Positions 37,311 through 47,712 of a stretch of DNA of 64,000 nt are shown piece after piece (within the stretch, counting starts at the first letter, position 1; the number at the start of each line of letters is the position of its first letter). The stretch is from a virus, in IMG/VR virus record IMGVR_UViG_3300028809_000011, positions 2,038 through 66,037 of that record; one strand, 5' to 3'. The translations under genes and the position numbers were made by a program. The notes beneath the pieces are model-generated. The model searched no databases, was not told the origin of the DNA, and was given only the letters and a program-made list of their open reading frames with translations.

Positions 37311-39077
37311 ATGGCGCTCGGTAAGGCTTTCATCGAAGTTCACGCGGACACCAAGCCGTTCGCGCGTGAGCTGGCCTCCGAGCTGGACAAGATCATCTCC
37401 GCGTCGGAGAAGGCCGTCAAGGTCGGAGCCCAGCGCACCGGCGAGACCCTGGTCAAAGAGACAGCAAAGGGTGTCGACAAGGAGAAGGGCACCCTCAAGA
37501 AGTCCGTCGATAAAGCCTTCGGCGACGCCCTGTCCGGCAACATCTTCTTCGACCTCGCCAAGGGGCTCGTAGACACCATCGACGACGGCCTGTCCGGACT
37601 GCCAGCCGAACTCAAGGTAATCCTGGGCGGGGTCCTGGTCGCCGCGCTGCCCGTCGCCGTCGCCCTGGGTTCGGCCATCGCCGCAGCCATCACGGCGGGC
37701 CTGTCGCTGGCCGGAGGTCTCGGCATCGGTGCCCTGCTGGCCGCCCAGTTCGTCGAAGTCCAGGATGCGGCCCTGGCCACATTCGACCGTATTCGCAACA
37801 ACCTCCTGGACAATGCCGAAGTCCTCATCCGGCCGTTCATCAACGCCCTCGGCATGCTTGAGGCGCGACTAGATCTTCTGGGACCGAAGTTCGGGGGGAT
37901 CTTCGACAAGGTCGCGGACACGATCATCCCGATCACCGATGCGCTGCTCGGGTTCGTTGAGGAGTTCATCCCCCAGTTCGCGGGCGGCTTCGCCAACATC
38001 GACAGGTTCCTCGCCCCACTCCAGGTCGGACTGCGCCTGATCGGTGAGGCCGCAGGCGACTTCTTCGATGTCATCCTGTCGATGGAAGGGGCACCAGAGG
38101 CCCTATACGACCTGCTTCTTTTCGTCAGGGACCTGATCATCGTCTTCGAGGGTCTGGTCACTGTCGGCCTGGCTTTCTATGGCGTCTTCCGCGACATCCT
38201 TGAGCTGCTCGGCCTGATCGAACCCTACGGTGAGGAGATCAACGACTTCGCCAACGAGTTCGGCATCGCCACCGAGGAGGCGGGCAAGTTCGGCGGGGCC
38301 ATCGACGGCACCATCGTGCCCCTGGAAGGCCAGGCCAAGGCCATCGAAGAGACCAACCGCCTCCTGGCCGAACTCACCAGCCTGCTGTTCCAGACCGAAC
38401 AGAACGAGATCGACTTCGAACGCGCCCTCGACGGCCTGACCGAGTCGGTGCTCAAGAACGGCCGAAGCCTCGACATCACCGGCGAGGCCGGGCGTAAGAA
38501 CTCCGAGCAGCTCCTGAAGCTGGCCCAGATCGCCATCACCACCCGCCAGACCCAGATCGACCTGACCGGCGACGTCGACTCGGCCCAGGCCGCATTCGAG
38601 AAGCAGCGCGAGTCGATCTACAACCTGGCCAAGCAGATGGGCCTGTCCGAGTCGAAGACCGAAGAGCTGATCGGGGCGATGCTGCGCATCCCGCCACCGA
38701 AGCCCTCCGGTGTCACCCAGGGCACCATCCAGGGCCTTCTGCAGGCCATCGCCCTGGCATCCACACTCGCGAACAAGCTGGGCAGTGTCGCTGTCCAGGG
38801 GGCCGCAGCAGGTGTCAAGGCGTACGCCAAAGGCGACATCGTCACCAGCCCCACCCTGGGCCTGGTCGGCGAGGCCGGACCCGAGGCGATCATCCCCCTG
38901 AACAACCCGGCCCGCGCCCAGCAGCTCATGGCCGAATCGGGTCTGGACAGGATGGCCAGCACCAGCGTCAACGTGTACATCGGCAACGACCAGATCGACA
39001 CCTACATCGACGACCGGGTTGACCAGCGCATGGTCCTCACGGCACGCAGCCTCGCCCACGGCGGCAGGGAGATCTGA
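37311..39077 (+). CDS. tape measure protein
   Basis: 588 aa, Ala/Leu/Gly-rich and likely helical (LGGVLVAALPVAVALGSAIAAAITAGLSLAGGLGIGALLAA); preceded by an AAACGGACAT motif. Confidence 0.8.
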   Translation: MALGKAFIEVHADTKPFARELASELDKIISASEKAVKVGAQRTGETLVKETAKGVDKEKGTLKKSVDKAFGDALSGNIFFDLAKGLVDTIDDGLSGLPAELKVILGGVLVAALPVAVALGSAIAAAITAGLSLAGGLGIGALLAAQFVEVQDAALATFDRIRNNLLDNAEVLIRPFINALGMLEARLDLLGPKFGGIFDKVADTIIPITDALLGFVEEFIPQFAGGFANIDRFLAPLQVGLRLIGEAAGDFFDVILSMEGAPEALYDLLLFVRDLIIVFEGLVTVGLAFYGVFRDILELLGLIEPYGEEINDFANEFGIATEEAGKFGGAIDGTIVPLEGQAKAIEETNRLLAELTSLLFQTEQNEIDFERALDGLTESVLKNGRSLDITGEAGRKNSEQLLKLAQIAITTRQTQIDLTGDVDSAQAAFEKQRESIYNLAKQMGLSESKTEELIGAMLRIPPPKPSGVTQGTIQGLLQAIALASTLANKLGSVAVQGAAAGVKAYAKGDIVTSPTLGLVGEAGPEAIIPLNNPARAQQLMAESGLDRMASTSVNVYIGNDQIDTYIDDRVDQRMVLTARSLAHGGREI

Positions 39078-40090
39078 TGCCCACCATCACCGTATTCCCT
39101 GACGTGCCACGGGCCTACAACCGTGTCGAGATCAACTGGGCCGACACCCCAGCCGCAACCCACGCCAGGGTCCTGCGGGTCGACGTCGAGACAGGCGAAT
39201 GCACACCCCTGCGTCCCTACATCTGCTTCGACGGCGACCAGATCCTGCTGTCCTGCGGACATGCGATCTTCTGGGACACCGAAGTCCCACTGGACCGGTC
39301 GGTGTACTACATCACCGAATCGGACACCGCACCCTGCATTCCCGATCCTGACCCCTGCGCGCCCTGCGCGCCGGTCACCGCCGAAACCGAAGCGTCCACC
39401 ATGCCATCCAACGGCGCGTTCCGGCTCAAAGACCCCATGCGCCCCTGCCACGACATCTACATGCCACTGTGCTTCGACCAGTCGACACTGGCCTCCCACC
39501 GGACCACAGGCCAGTACTGCGCCCCAGGCACCGGCGTGTTCTTCGCCAGCATGGACACCGAGACCTACAACTCGAACGCGCTGACCGTCAACCCGACCAA
39601 CGCCAGGCGGCCCATCGCCCTGACCCGGCAGCGCCGCGACGTCGCCTCGAACCTGACCGTCGTCGCCCGGACGTTCACCGACCGGGACAACCTGCTCCGG
39701 CTCACCGAGCCCGGCTCACCGATCCTGCTCCAGGGTCCACCCCAGTACGGCATCCCCGACAGGTACATGGACATCGGGACGGTGGGGATCGACAGGGGGC
39801 TGACCGACCACAAGTTCCAGGTCCGGATCGCCCAGATGCCCCACGTCGCCGTGGACCGGCCAGCCGGACCGCAGTCAGGCGTGTGCGGCAGCCAGGTCGA
39901 CGACCTGTGCGACTTCACCTTCGACGAGCTGGCCGCAGACGGCAACACCTGGGAAGACCTGATCCGTGGACGCCCGACTGGTGGCGTGTCCGGCTACCGG
40001 ACCTGGGACGACGTCGAAGCTGAGTTCGCCGACTGGAACGCGGTCGACGACGGCACCCGCACCTGGTACGACCTGGAAGTGGGTGACTGA
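39077..40090 (+). CDS. minor tail protein
   Basis: 337 aa; ATGA overlap with TMP. Confidence 0.55.
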   Translation: MPTITVFPDVPRAYNRVEINWADTPAATHARVLRVDVETGECTPLRPYICFDGDQILLSCGHAIFWDTEVPLDRSVYYITESDTAPCIPDPDPCAPCAPVTAETEASTMPSNGAFRLKDPMRPCHDIYMPLCFDQSTLASHRTTGQYCAPGTGVFFASMDTETYNSNALTVNPTNARRPIALTRQRRDVASNLTVVARTFTDRDNLLRLTEPGSPILLQGPPQYGIPDRYMDIGTVGIDRGLTDHKFQVRIAQMPHVAVDRPAGPQSGVCGSQVDDLCDFTFDELAADGNTWEDLIRGRPTGGVSGYRTWDDVEAEFADWNAVDDGTRTWYDLEVGD

Positions 40091-41202
40091 TGCTGGCAGG
40101 CGGACTCGACCCGATGTACCGCTCCGGGCTCACCTCGTCCCACCGGCCGTACTTCCTGGTGGAGGTGTTGGACGGCCAGCAGCAGATCATCGAGTCGGAC
40201 CTGGTGTACCTGGCCGGGTCGGTGAGCGCGACCTTGACGTCACGGGTGGCCCGGACGTGCCGGTTGACGTTCACCGAGGACAGGTACCCGTATGTCGAGA
40301 CGGACCTGCTGGCCCCGTACGGCAACATGATCCGTGCCTGGCGGGGCATCGAGTTCGCCGACGGGCACAGGTTCCGGTGGGTCGTGTTCGTCGGCAGGAT
40401 TCAGGAAGCAGCGCTGGGCACCGACGGGACCTGCACGATCTACGCGGCCGACTTCGCTGCCGACGTCGTGGAGAACAGGTTCCGCAACCCGCAGAACTCG
40501 CAGGCCGGGACGATGGTCACATCCGAGGTCCGCAGGCTCATCTCCGACGGTTTCCCCCAGGCGACGTTCGACACCTTCGACATCGAAGACATCCTGGTCC
40601 GGCCGCTGACGTGGCAGCTCGACCGTGGCCAGGCCCTGGACGAGCTGGCCACTTCCGTGTCCGCGTTCTGGTACCCGCTGGCCAGCGGGGTATTCACGCT
40701 GCGCCAGTACCCGTGGACTGTCGCCTCCCCACCGGTGGTCACCTACGCCGACGGCGACGGGGGGTCCGTGATCACCTCATCGGCCAGCCGTAGTCGTGAG
40801 GATGTGTACAACGTCCTCACCGTCACCGGCGAAAGGCTCAACGGCGACGAGCCGGTCTATGCCACGGCCGTGAACGCGAACCCGGCGTCGATCACCTACG
40901 TCGGCGGCAACTTCGGCATCCGGTCCCAGCTCCTTCGCCTCCAGACCCCGGCGATCCAGGGATCGGCCCAGGCCGCCGCGAACAGCTACCTGCGTCGCAT
41001 GACGGCCCTGTTCGACGCGTGGGACTGGGACATGGTGCCCGACGCGGCCCTGGAGCTTGGCGACGTTGTCAGCCTGAACGTACGCGGAAAGTCCGATATC
41101 ATCCAGGTTGTGGCCAGTTACCAGATTCCTCTCGACATGTCGGGGATGATGCGCGTCCGGGGCCGGTCACTGGTTCCCGACCCGATCCGGGGGGCACTGT
41201 AG
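40090..41202 (+). CDS. minor tail protein
   Basis: 370 aa, coupled. Confidence 0.55.
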   Translation: MLAGGLDPMYRSGLTSSHRPYFLVEVLDGQQQIIESDLVYLAGSVSATLTSRVARTCRLTFTEDRYPYVETDLLAPYGNMIRAWRGIEFADGHRFRWVVFVGRIQEAALGTDGTCTIYAADFAADVVENRFRNPQNSQAGTMVTSEVRRLISDGFPQATFDTFDIEDILVRPLTWQLDRGQALDELATSVSAFWYPLASGVFTLRQYPWTVASPPVVTYADGDGGSVITSSASRSREDVYNVLTVTGERLNGDEPVYATAVNANPASITYVGGNFGIRSQLLRLQTPAIQGSAQAAANSYLRRMTALFDAWDWDMVPDAALELGDVVSLNVRGKSDIIQVVASYQIPLDMSGMMRVRGRSLVPDPIRGAL

Positions 41203-41787
41203 ATGGTCGCCTATTCCGCCACGTACTGCCTGCCCTGCCTGGAGGGCACGGACAGCCCATGCCTGAACACGGGCACGACCTGCGATCCATCGACGGTGTG
41301 GTGCGACCTGGTGGACCTGGTGGAAGCCCAGCTCGTTCAGGTTGATTCGTTGCTGTCGCGCACGTTCACGGCCATTCCACTGGCTTCGGTCACGGGTACC
41401 GCGAACAACGAGGCGTTCCCTAACCAGGTCGTCTGGGACACGGTCGAATTCGACACCGACGGAATGGTGAACCTGGACATCTCACCGCTGACGGTGACAC
41501 CTCGGCGCAGTGGCGTGTACATGACGTTCGGATACATCAGTTCCATCAATCCGGCTGTGCCGACCGAAGGGTTCGAGCACAAGACTTTCATCCAGAACGG
41601 TACGGACACGTACACCCATGCGACACCGGAGATCTCGGCCGTATCGGGTGAGCCGATCTATTCGACGGCGCAGCAGATCTACCCGTGGACGCTGGGCGTC
41701 AGTGCACCGTTCTCGCTGGCCTTCGAAGTGGCGGAGGTCCCCCTGCACGCAGCCCGAATGACCGTCTACTGGGTGTGTGATCTCTGA
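41203..41787 (+). CDS. minor tail protein, paralogue family (ends VCDL)
   Basis: N-terminus xxYxATYCLPCLEGTD; C-terminus YWVCDL. Confidence 0.5.
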   Translation: MVAYSATYCLPCLEGTDSPCLNTGTTCDPSTVWCDLVDLVEAQLVQVDSLLSRTFTAIPLASVTGTANNEAFPNQVVWDTVEFDTDGMVNLDISPLTVTPRRSGVYMTFGYISSINPAVPTEGFEHKTFIQNGTDTYTHATPEISAVSGEPIYSTAQQIYPWTLGVSAPFSLAFEVAEVPLHAARMTVYWVCDL

Positions 41788-42449
41788 TGGAATTCACTCC
41801 GGTGTACAACCTGCCGTGCCTTTCCGGTACGGACTACGCCGCCTACGCGCTGTACCTTCAGTGCCTCGCGGAGCAGCTTGACGCGACCCTGTTCGAGAAG
41901 CAGATGGAGCTTGACTCGTTCCGCAACCGCTACGCCGGGGTTTGGCGCAACACGGTGGCCATGGTCAGCGCAAGCGGTTCGTGGAACACAACCGTCCCGA
42001 CCGTGACGAACCTGTTCTGGAATGATCCGGTCAACCCCCCGTCGACTGGGACCGCCGGTTCGCTGATCGACCCGTTCCGGTTCAACTTTCCCGGCGCGGT
42101 CGCGGGTGGCCTGTATGCCGTCGGGGGCACAGTCGCCATGAACCAGGGTGCCACGAATGGCACGTACCGGTGGCTGTCCATCGACCCGGTCCTGTTCGGC
42201 AGCTCAGGGTATGTCGAAGCCCTCGGTGCGCAGGACTTCTCAGAGGAGACCCTGTCCGGTGGGGAGAACCTTCAGACGGGTTTCCATGTGCCTTTGACCC
42301 TCACGACTTTCACGGGTCTGGAAGGGGTGCCGGTCGGCTTCGACGTGAGCATCTTCGAGGACGACGCGGGCAACATCACCATCCCCATCGGCGGCCTCAC
42401 TTTCTGGGCCGTGTACATCGGCGACAACACGATCATCGGTGGTGCCTGA
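41787..42449 (+). CDS. minor tail protein, paralogue
   Basis: N-terminus TPVYNLPCLSGTD. Confidence 0.5.
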   Translation: MEFTPVYNLPCLSGTDYAAYALYLQCLAEQLDATLFEKQMELDSFRNRYAGVWRNTVAMVSASGSWNTTVPTVTNLFWNDPVNPPSTGTAGSLIDPFRFNFPGAVAGGLYAVGGTVAMNQGATNGTYRWLSIDPVLFGSSGYVEALGAQDFSEETLSGGENLQTGFHVPLTLTTFTGLEGVPVGFDVSIFEDDAGNITIPIGGLTFWAVYIGDNTIIGGA

Positions 42450-43015
42450 TGCCCGGTGTGACTCCGAACTTCTCCCTGCCTTACCCGTGTGCTGGGGAGA
42501 CGATCGACCCGGCGATCTTCTGCGAGTTCAGTGACGCGTTGGACGCGGCCCTGGTGACGGTGAACGCGAATGCAGACTTCGTTGCCAATAGGCCCAATGC
42601 GCGCATTGACCGTGGGTCAGGACTGAACACGTTCGCTGTCGGCGTCGCCACCAATGTCCAGTTCAGCACCGAGGTGTTCGACAACGACACGATGGTCGAT
42701 CTCGGTGCCGACAATGCCGCTATCACCGTGGTGACTCCTGGCGTTTACTGGGCACAGTTCATGGTCGGCACGATCACCACGTTCACGACCTGGACCCGGT
42801 ACAGGATGACCATCACCCAGAACGGCACCGCGAACATCGGGCGCAAATTCATCTACAGCACAGCCGACGCGTTCTTCACCGCCAACAGCATCTACGGGGT
42901 GCTGGTGTGCCAGGCCGGTGACGTCATCCGTGGCCAGTACCTGTGGAACGGCACCGGTGGACCGCAGGTCATGAACTCCGGCTCGCTGTCAATGTCCTTC
43001 ATCTGTGACCTCTAG
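42449..43015 (+). CDS. minor tail protein, paralogue (ends ICDL)
   Basis: N-terminus TPNFSLPYPCAGETID; C-terminus SFICDL. Confidence 0.5.
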   Translation: MPGVTPNFSLPYPCAGETIDPAIFCEFSDALDAALVTVNANADFVANRPNARIDRGSGLNTFAVGVATNVQFSTEVFDNDTMVDLGADNAAITVVTPGVYWAQFMVGTITTFTTWTRYRMTITQNGTANIGRKFIYSTADAFFTANSIYGVLVCQAGDVIRGQYLWNGTGGPQVMNSGSLSMSFICDL

Positions 43016-43023
43016 GAGAAGAC

Positions 43024-43731
43024 GTGTCTGCTAACACTCCTGACCAGCAGATCACTTACCCGGTGGGTACGGATCTGGCCGACAACCCGACAGCGTTCCT
43101 GGACATGCTGGCCGATGTCGAGACGCGCCTGGTGCTCAAGTACACCAACGTCGCCGACAGGACCGCCCGGCACACCGCGCCCGTTGAGGGCGACCTGACG
43201 GGCCTGGCGACCGAGAACCGGTACGACGTGTACAACGGGTCCGCGTACGTGTCCCTAGCGGCCCGGATCGACCACTTCATGGTCCGGCGCACCGCAGACG
43301 GCACACCCGGCTCGGGTGCGGTCAACAACAACGTGGCTCTACAGAACGAGCCTGTCCTGTTCGGGGCTATCGACACTGGTGCCACGTACATGTGGGAGGC
43401 CGGGATCTTCTACGACTCGTCATCTACAGCCGACATCAAGTTCGCTTTCACCACCCCGACGTTCTCGGCGATGCGCTGGTCCCTGGTCGGCCTGGCCACA
43501 TCAGCCACCACCGCCGAAGGCGACATGCGCAATGCGACGGTGAACGCCTCGGGCACGTCGACACAGTTGGGCGGCATTGGTGTCGGCACGATCATCTTCG
43601 CCAAGATCGAGGGCTACATCGTGACGACGGCGGCTGGGAACCTCCAGCTCCAGTTCGCCCAGCAGAACCTCGACGCCACCCAGACGACCATCCGCAACGG
43701 CTCCTACCTGCGGGCCTGGCGGGTCGCCTGA
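43024..43731 (+). CDS. minor tail protein, paralogue
   Basis: N-terminus QQITYPVGTD. Confidence 0.5.
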   Translation: MSANTPDQQITYPVGTDLADNPTAFLDMLADVETRLVLKYTNVADRTARHTAPVEGDLTGLATENRYDVYNGSAYVSLAARIDHFMVRRTADGTPGSGAVNNNVALQNEPVLFGAIDTGATYMWEAGIFYDSSSTADIKFAFTTPTFSAMRWSLVGLATSATTAEGDMRNATVNASGTSTQLGGIGVGTIIFAKIEGYIVTTAAGNLQLQFAQQNLDATQTTIRNGSYLRAWRVA

Positions 43732-44243
43732 TGGCTTCCCTGACCCAGCAGATCGCCGCAGCGCCGGGTCAGCCCGCAACGGTGCGGATCGGGCGGATCG
43801 CCTCGGTGAACCCGGTGACCGTGTCGGTGCAGGGAGTCGTGTTCGATGACGTCGGCTACGTGCAGGGTCACACGTACGCCCTGGGCGACACCGTGGCACT
43901 GGTGGGCCAGTCGAACGCGTCGGGGTCGGACCCTGCGTCGTGGCTGGTACTACCCACCTCGGGTACCTCGCCGATGGGCTACCAGGCTGGTCAGCTCTCA
44001 GTGTCGTTCACGACCCTGACCAGCTTCACCGTCGTGGTCAACTTCGCCCAGCCCTACCCTGCGGGAACGAACCTGTCAGTCCATACCAACATCAACTCCG
44101 GTGTCGGCGCGACGGCGAACTGGCAGTCCAGGGCGATCAACATCATGCCAGCATCATTCACGCTGTTCGTGTTCACCGCTGGTGCCGCTTCGACGTGGAC
44201 GAATGTCGGCGTGGTCTGGTCAGCCTTCCCGCACACTTCGTAG
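43731..44243 (+). CDS. hypothetical tail protein
   Basis: TGATG coupling; 170 aa. Confidence 0.45.
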   Translation: MASLTQQIAAAPGQPATVRIGRIASVNPVTVSVQGVVFDDVGYVQGHTYALGDTVALVGQSNASGSDPASWLVLPTSGTSPMGYQAGQLSVSFTTLTSFTVVVNFAQPYPAGTNLSVHTNINSGVGATANWQSRAINIMPASFTLFVFTAGAASTWTNVGVVWSAFPHTS

Positions 44244-44370
44244 CCCGTGAGACGTTTCGGTCGTAAGATGACATACATGACCGAAACGGACACGTTCGAG
44301 GGTGAGATCACCCGTTGGCCGGAGGACGACGACCCCGAGACCCTGATCGGTGGGGACATGGGGGGCGACG

Positions 44371-44976
44371 ATGTCTAGCCCGTACCTGGCCCCTTCACTG
44401 GCCCGCCTCCGCACCTCGATCAACACGCGCTGGCCGGGCCGGGACAAGTCATCTGATGGCTGGATCGGGGACTCTGCCCACCAGTCCCGCACGTCGGATC
44501 ACAACCCTGCCGCCTCAGGTGTCGTGCGCGCCCTGGACATCGACAAGGACGGCGTCCACGTCCCGACGGTGCTGGCCGCTGCCCTGCTTCACCCATCGGT
44601 CCGGTATGTGATCCACAACCGGAAGATCTACCATGTGGACCGGCGGATGAAGCCTGCCAGCTACACCGGGTCGAACCCGCACACCGGCCACATCCACACC
44701 TCGATCCAGCACACGAAGGCCGCCGAGGCCGACAAGACCGACTGGCGTCCGGTCAGCTCCGCGTTCACGTGGCCGCTGCTGAAGGCCGGTATGGAGGGCA
44801 CGAACGTCCGCCAGCTCCAGGCATACCTGAACGGGCACGGCTATTCGCTGTCCCTGGATGGTGAATTCGGGCCTGCAACAGATTCGGCGGTTCGTCTATT
44901 CCAGTCCCGCTTCACACCTGATGATATTGACGGTGTGGTGGGGCCGAAGACGGCCCTGGCTCTGCGGACAAGGTAG
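44371..44976 (+). CDS. endolysin-like protein with C-terminal peptidoglycan-binding domain
   Basis: C-terminal LQAYLNGHGYSLSLDGEFGPATDSAVRLFQ matches PG_binding_1; GGGGGG RBS. Confidence 0.6.
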   Translation: MSSPYLAPSLARLRTSINTRWPGRDKSSDGWIGDSAHQSRTSDHNPAASGVVRALDIDKDGVHVPTVLAAALLHPSVRYVIHNRKIYHVDRRMKPASYTGSNPHTGHIHTSIQHTKAAEADKTDWRPVSSAFTWPLLKAGMEGTNVRQLQAYLNGHGYSLSLDGEFGPATDSAVRLFQSRFTPDDIDGVVGPKTALALRTR

Positions 44977-44979
44977 GGA

Positions 44980-45327
44980 GTGGTCATGGCCAGGGTCGAG
45001 GTTCCCGTCAAGCGCGTGTCGCGTCTGTCGGCCTCATCGTTTACGGCAGCTCAGGCTGTCAACGGCGACGTCGCCAACGGTATGCGGATGTTCAACGACG
45101 GGGCCACGGTCCTGGTCGTGTCGTCTTCGTCGGGGGCATCGCAGGCGATCGAGACGATCATCGTCGAGTCCATCGACTTCTCGGTGCCCCCGCCGATTGT
45201 GATCACCATCGCCGCCAATGCTGCCTTCGCTGTCGTCGGACCCTTCCCGACCAGCCTTTACGGCAACGTACTAGAGTTTGATGTTTCGTCCGCATTGATG
45301 GACTTTGGTGGCTTTTCGTTGCTTTAG
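44980..45327 (+). CDS. hypothetical protein (lysis cassette)
   Basis: 115 aa. Confidence 0.4.
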   Translation: MVMARVEVPVKRVSRLSASSFTAAQAVNGDVANGMRMFNDGATVLVVSSSSGASQAIETIIVESIDFSVPPPIVITIAANAAFAVVGPFPTSLYGNVLEFDVSSALMDFGGFSLL

Positions 45328-45354
45328 TTAACTTTACGTCAGATCATTGGTGGC

Positions 45355-45660
45355 ATGACGATGGCTCCTTACGAAGATGATGATGTGCCCACGCTGCGAG
45401 AGGTGAGCAGGACTTTGCGCGACTTCCGTGACGAGTTCCGTCTACAGATGAGCGCCATGGTTCGTAAGGATGTGCACGTGGTGGAGCACCAGAACTTGGA
45501 TGCCAGGCACACCGTGGTCGAAGGCCGCGTCGCCCGGCTTGAGGTCGACAGGGACAACGACCGTAAGGACAAGACCACGGTCCGCAACCAGTTCTACTTC
45601 TCCGTCGTCGCGGCTGCCCTGTCCCTCATCGTCGGCATCATCGTCGCAGTGGTGAAGTAG
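45355..45660 (+). CDS. membrane-anchored protein (holin/antiholin-like)
   Basis: C-terminal TM helix FYFSVVAAALSLIVGIIVAVV. Confidence 0.4.
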   Translation: MTMAPYEDDDVPTLREVSRTLRDFRDEFRLQMSAMVRKDVHVVEHQNLDARHTVVEGRVARLEVDRDNDRKDKTTVRNQFYFSVVAAALSLIVGIIVAVVK

Positions 45661-45662
45661 CC

Positions 45663-45860
45663 ATGAGGCTGTGGACCTCCATCCTCGCCGGGCTCCAGGT
45701 CATCTCCGGCGGCACCGTCCTGCTTGAGCTGTGGGACAGCCGGTACGTGGGCCTGTTCGTCCTGGTCGTGGCCGGTCTTCAGGCTGGGACTGTCATGTAC
45801 GCCAAAGACATCCGACCACCCCACCAGGCAAAACACGCTGTAGTCAACGAGGAGCCATGA
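45663..45860 (+). CDS. holin-like 2-TM protein
   Basis: 65 aa, two hydrophobic helices. Confidence 0.45.
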   Translation: MRLWTSILAGLQVISGGTVLLELWDSRYVGLFVLVVAGLQAGTVMYAKDIRPPHQAKHAVVNEEP

Positions 45861-45864
45861 TCTG

Positions 45865-46248
45865 ATGCCGGGGGTTACTCGGGTATACGTCTACCGGTTC
45901 ACGCCGCCCGGTGACATGCTCAGCCTGGCCGTCGCCATGTCTGAAGCAGCCAAGAGGGTAGTCGCCCACAACAAGCACGTCCTGAAGGTCGACACCCTGG
46001 CCGACGGTGAGGACATGCTGATGCGGATGACTGTCACCGGACACGACCAGTGGAAGATCAAGAAAGAAGTCGTCTACCCTGTCGCTGGCATCCTGACCAA
46101 GTGCGGGATCAAGGTGAAGGACGTGAAGCTCATTGCGGTCGAGAAGCCGCCCGACACCCGTTCGACCAGGCCACGCGCGTCCGATGGGCGCTCTAGGCCC
46201 CTGGACCCGGACCAGATGATCGACCACAGCGACATGAAGCAGGCATGA
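45865..46248 (+). CDS. hypothetical protein
   Basis: 127 aa. Confidence 0.4.
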   Translation: MPGVTRVYVYRFTPPGDMLSLAVAMSEAAKRVVAHNKHVLKVDTLADGEDMLMRMTVTGHDQWKIKKEVVYPVAGILTKCGIKVKDVKLIAVEKPPDTRSTRPRASDGRSRPLDPDQMIDHSDMKQA

Positions 46249-46280
46249 CGAAGGCCCCCTAGGTGATCCCAGGGGGCCTC
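46249..46280. terminator. bidirectional terminator
   Basis: AGGCCCCCTAGG-TGATC-CCAGGGGGCCT. Confidence 0.5.
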
Positions 46281-46288
46281 GTCGTCGG

Positions 46289-46717
46289 TCAGGACTGCGG
46301 GGTAGCCTCGGCGGCCAGCGCCTCGTCAGCCACGATCTGAGCTTCCTCGGCCTGCTCAGCCAGGGTCTCGGCCAGCTCGCGGGCAACCTTCGCCCGGTGC
46401 GCCAGGGCCTCAGCCCTCAGGCCCTCGATGCGCCGCTGACCCTTCTTCGTCTGCGGGGGCCGGACCACGACCTCCAGCTCCATCGCCAGGATGGCGTCGA
46501 AGAACGAGTCGGCCCGGATGTGCTTCTGGCTGCCCCGGATGAACGCGCTGAACAGGTTGCGCCCGGCCATCTTCGCCGCCAGGTGCTGCATGATCAGCCC
46601 CCGGTACTTCATCATCTTCGGCAGCGCGCCCCGGAAGTCGTCCTCACTGGTCAGGACCCACTCGGTGGGCGGGGGGACCGGCTTGGCCTTCTCGGTCTCG
46701 GTGGTGTCGGTGCTCAT
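46289..46717 (-). CDS. hypothetical protein
   Basis: 142 aa; ATGA overlap with the ParB-like gene. Confidence 0.45.
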   Translation of the reverse strand: MSTDTTETEKAKPVPPPTEWVLTSEDDFRGALPKMMKYRGLIMQHLAAKMAGRNLFSAFIRGSQKHIRADSFFDAILAMELEVVVRPPQTKKGQRRIEGLRAEALAHRAKVARELAETLAEQAEEAQIVADEALAAEATPQS

Positions 46718-47622
46718 GCGGCGGGAACCTCCAGCTCGTTGTAGCCCTCCGGCAGCTCCAGCTTGTCGAAGCGGACCGGGCGCGGCGGGGTCAGGGTCGT
46801 CAGCTCCTTGCCTGCCACCCAGAAGTTGTAGGTCGTGAACAGCGCGTCGAGCTGGTCGACGGGGCTGAACTCCTCACGGGGGCGCAGCCGCTGGAGCCGG
46901 TTGGTCAGGGCCGTGATGGGGTAGCCGGACTTCGGCGACTCGGACTCGATCAGCAGCTCGTGGAAGAACTGCTCACGCAGGTCCTTGTCAACGCCGGACA
47001 GGATGACCCAGGCCAGGCCGTAGGTGCCGGTGGAGATGCCCCGGCGCAGGCCGTAGGCCCGGTTCGCGAACGTGGCCGCCTGGGCGATCTTGATCTCGTA
47101 CGCGTCCTCGACCTTCGTCATCCAGAAGTCCTTCTGGGCGTTGGACGGTGTGGACGACAGGTACTTCGGGTCTCCGACGCGGGCGACGCCTCGGGTGCCG
47201 TAGTTGCCGTGGAACCAGTACCAGATGCGGGCGTTGATGGCCGCGACGGCGGTGTGGTTGGCGAAGCCCCGGATCTTGAGACTGTCGGCGTAGGACCGCT
47301 TACGTCCGGCGTCGATGGTCGTCATGGCCTTGGGGTCGATGCCCCGGACGATGAGGACGACCTGGCTTTCGCCGGACTCGATGATTGCCGACAGGCGGTG
47401 CTGGCCGTCGAGCAGTTCGTTGGTGTTGGAGATCAGGATGGCGGCACCGTTGAACAGCCAGTCCATGGTGACCATGTCGGTGGCGTAGCGCTCAACGGCG
47501 TCGTGGCTGATGGTCCGCTGGCCCTTGGTGTTGAGGGCGAGGAGTTCTGCCGCCACTTCGGGCGTGATCTCCAGCAGGTAGACCTCGATACCGGGCAGCT
47601 TGCTGTGGGTTGCCATGGGCAT
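46714..47622 (-). CDS. ParB/Srx-like nuclease domain protein
   Basis: NELLDGQHRLSAI motif; start at MPMATHSK with GGGAAGGGGAA RBS. Confidence 0.65.
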   Translation of the reverse strand: MPMATHSKLPGIEVYLLEITPEVAAELLALNTKGQRTISHDAVERYATDMVTMDWLFNGAAILISNTNELLDGQHRLSAIIESGESQVVLIVRGIDPKAMTTIDAGRKRSYADSLKIRGFANHTAVAAINARIWYWFHGNYGTRGVARVGDPKYLSSTPSNAQKDFWMTKVEDAYEIKIAQAATFANRAYGLRRGISTGTYGLAWVILSGVDKDLREQFFHELLIESESPKSGYPITALTNRLQRLRPREEFSPVDQLDALFTTYNFWVAGKELTTLTPPRPVRFDKLELPEGYNELEVPAA

Positions 47623-47712
47623 GTCTTCAGTTCCCCTTCCCAAGGGATCTTGTAGTTCTACGTCTTGGAGTTCTCCTCGACGTGTCCAACATATACCGCA
47701 GGAGCTACAGTG

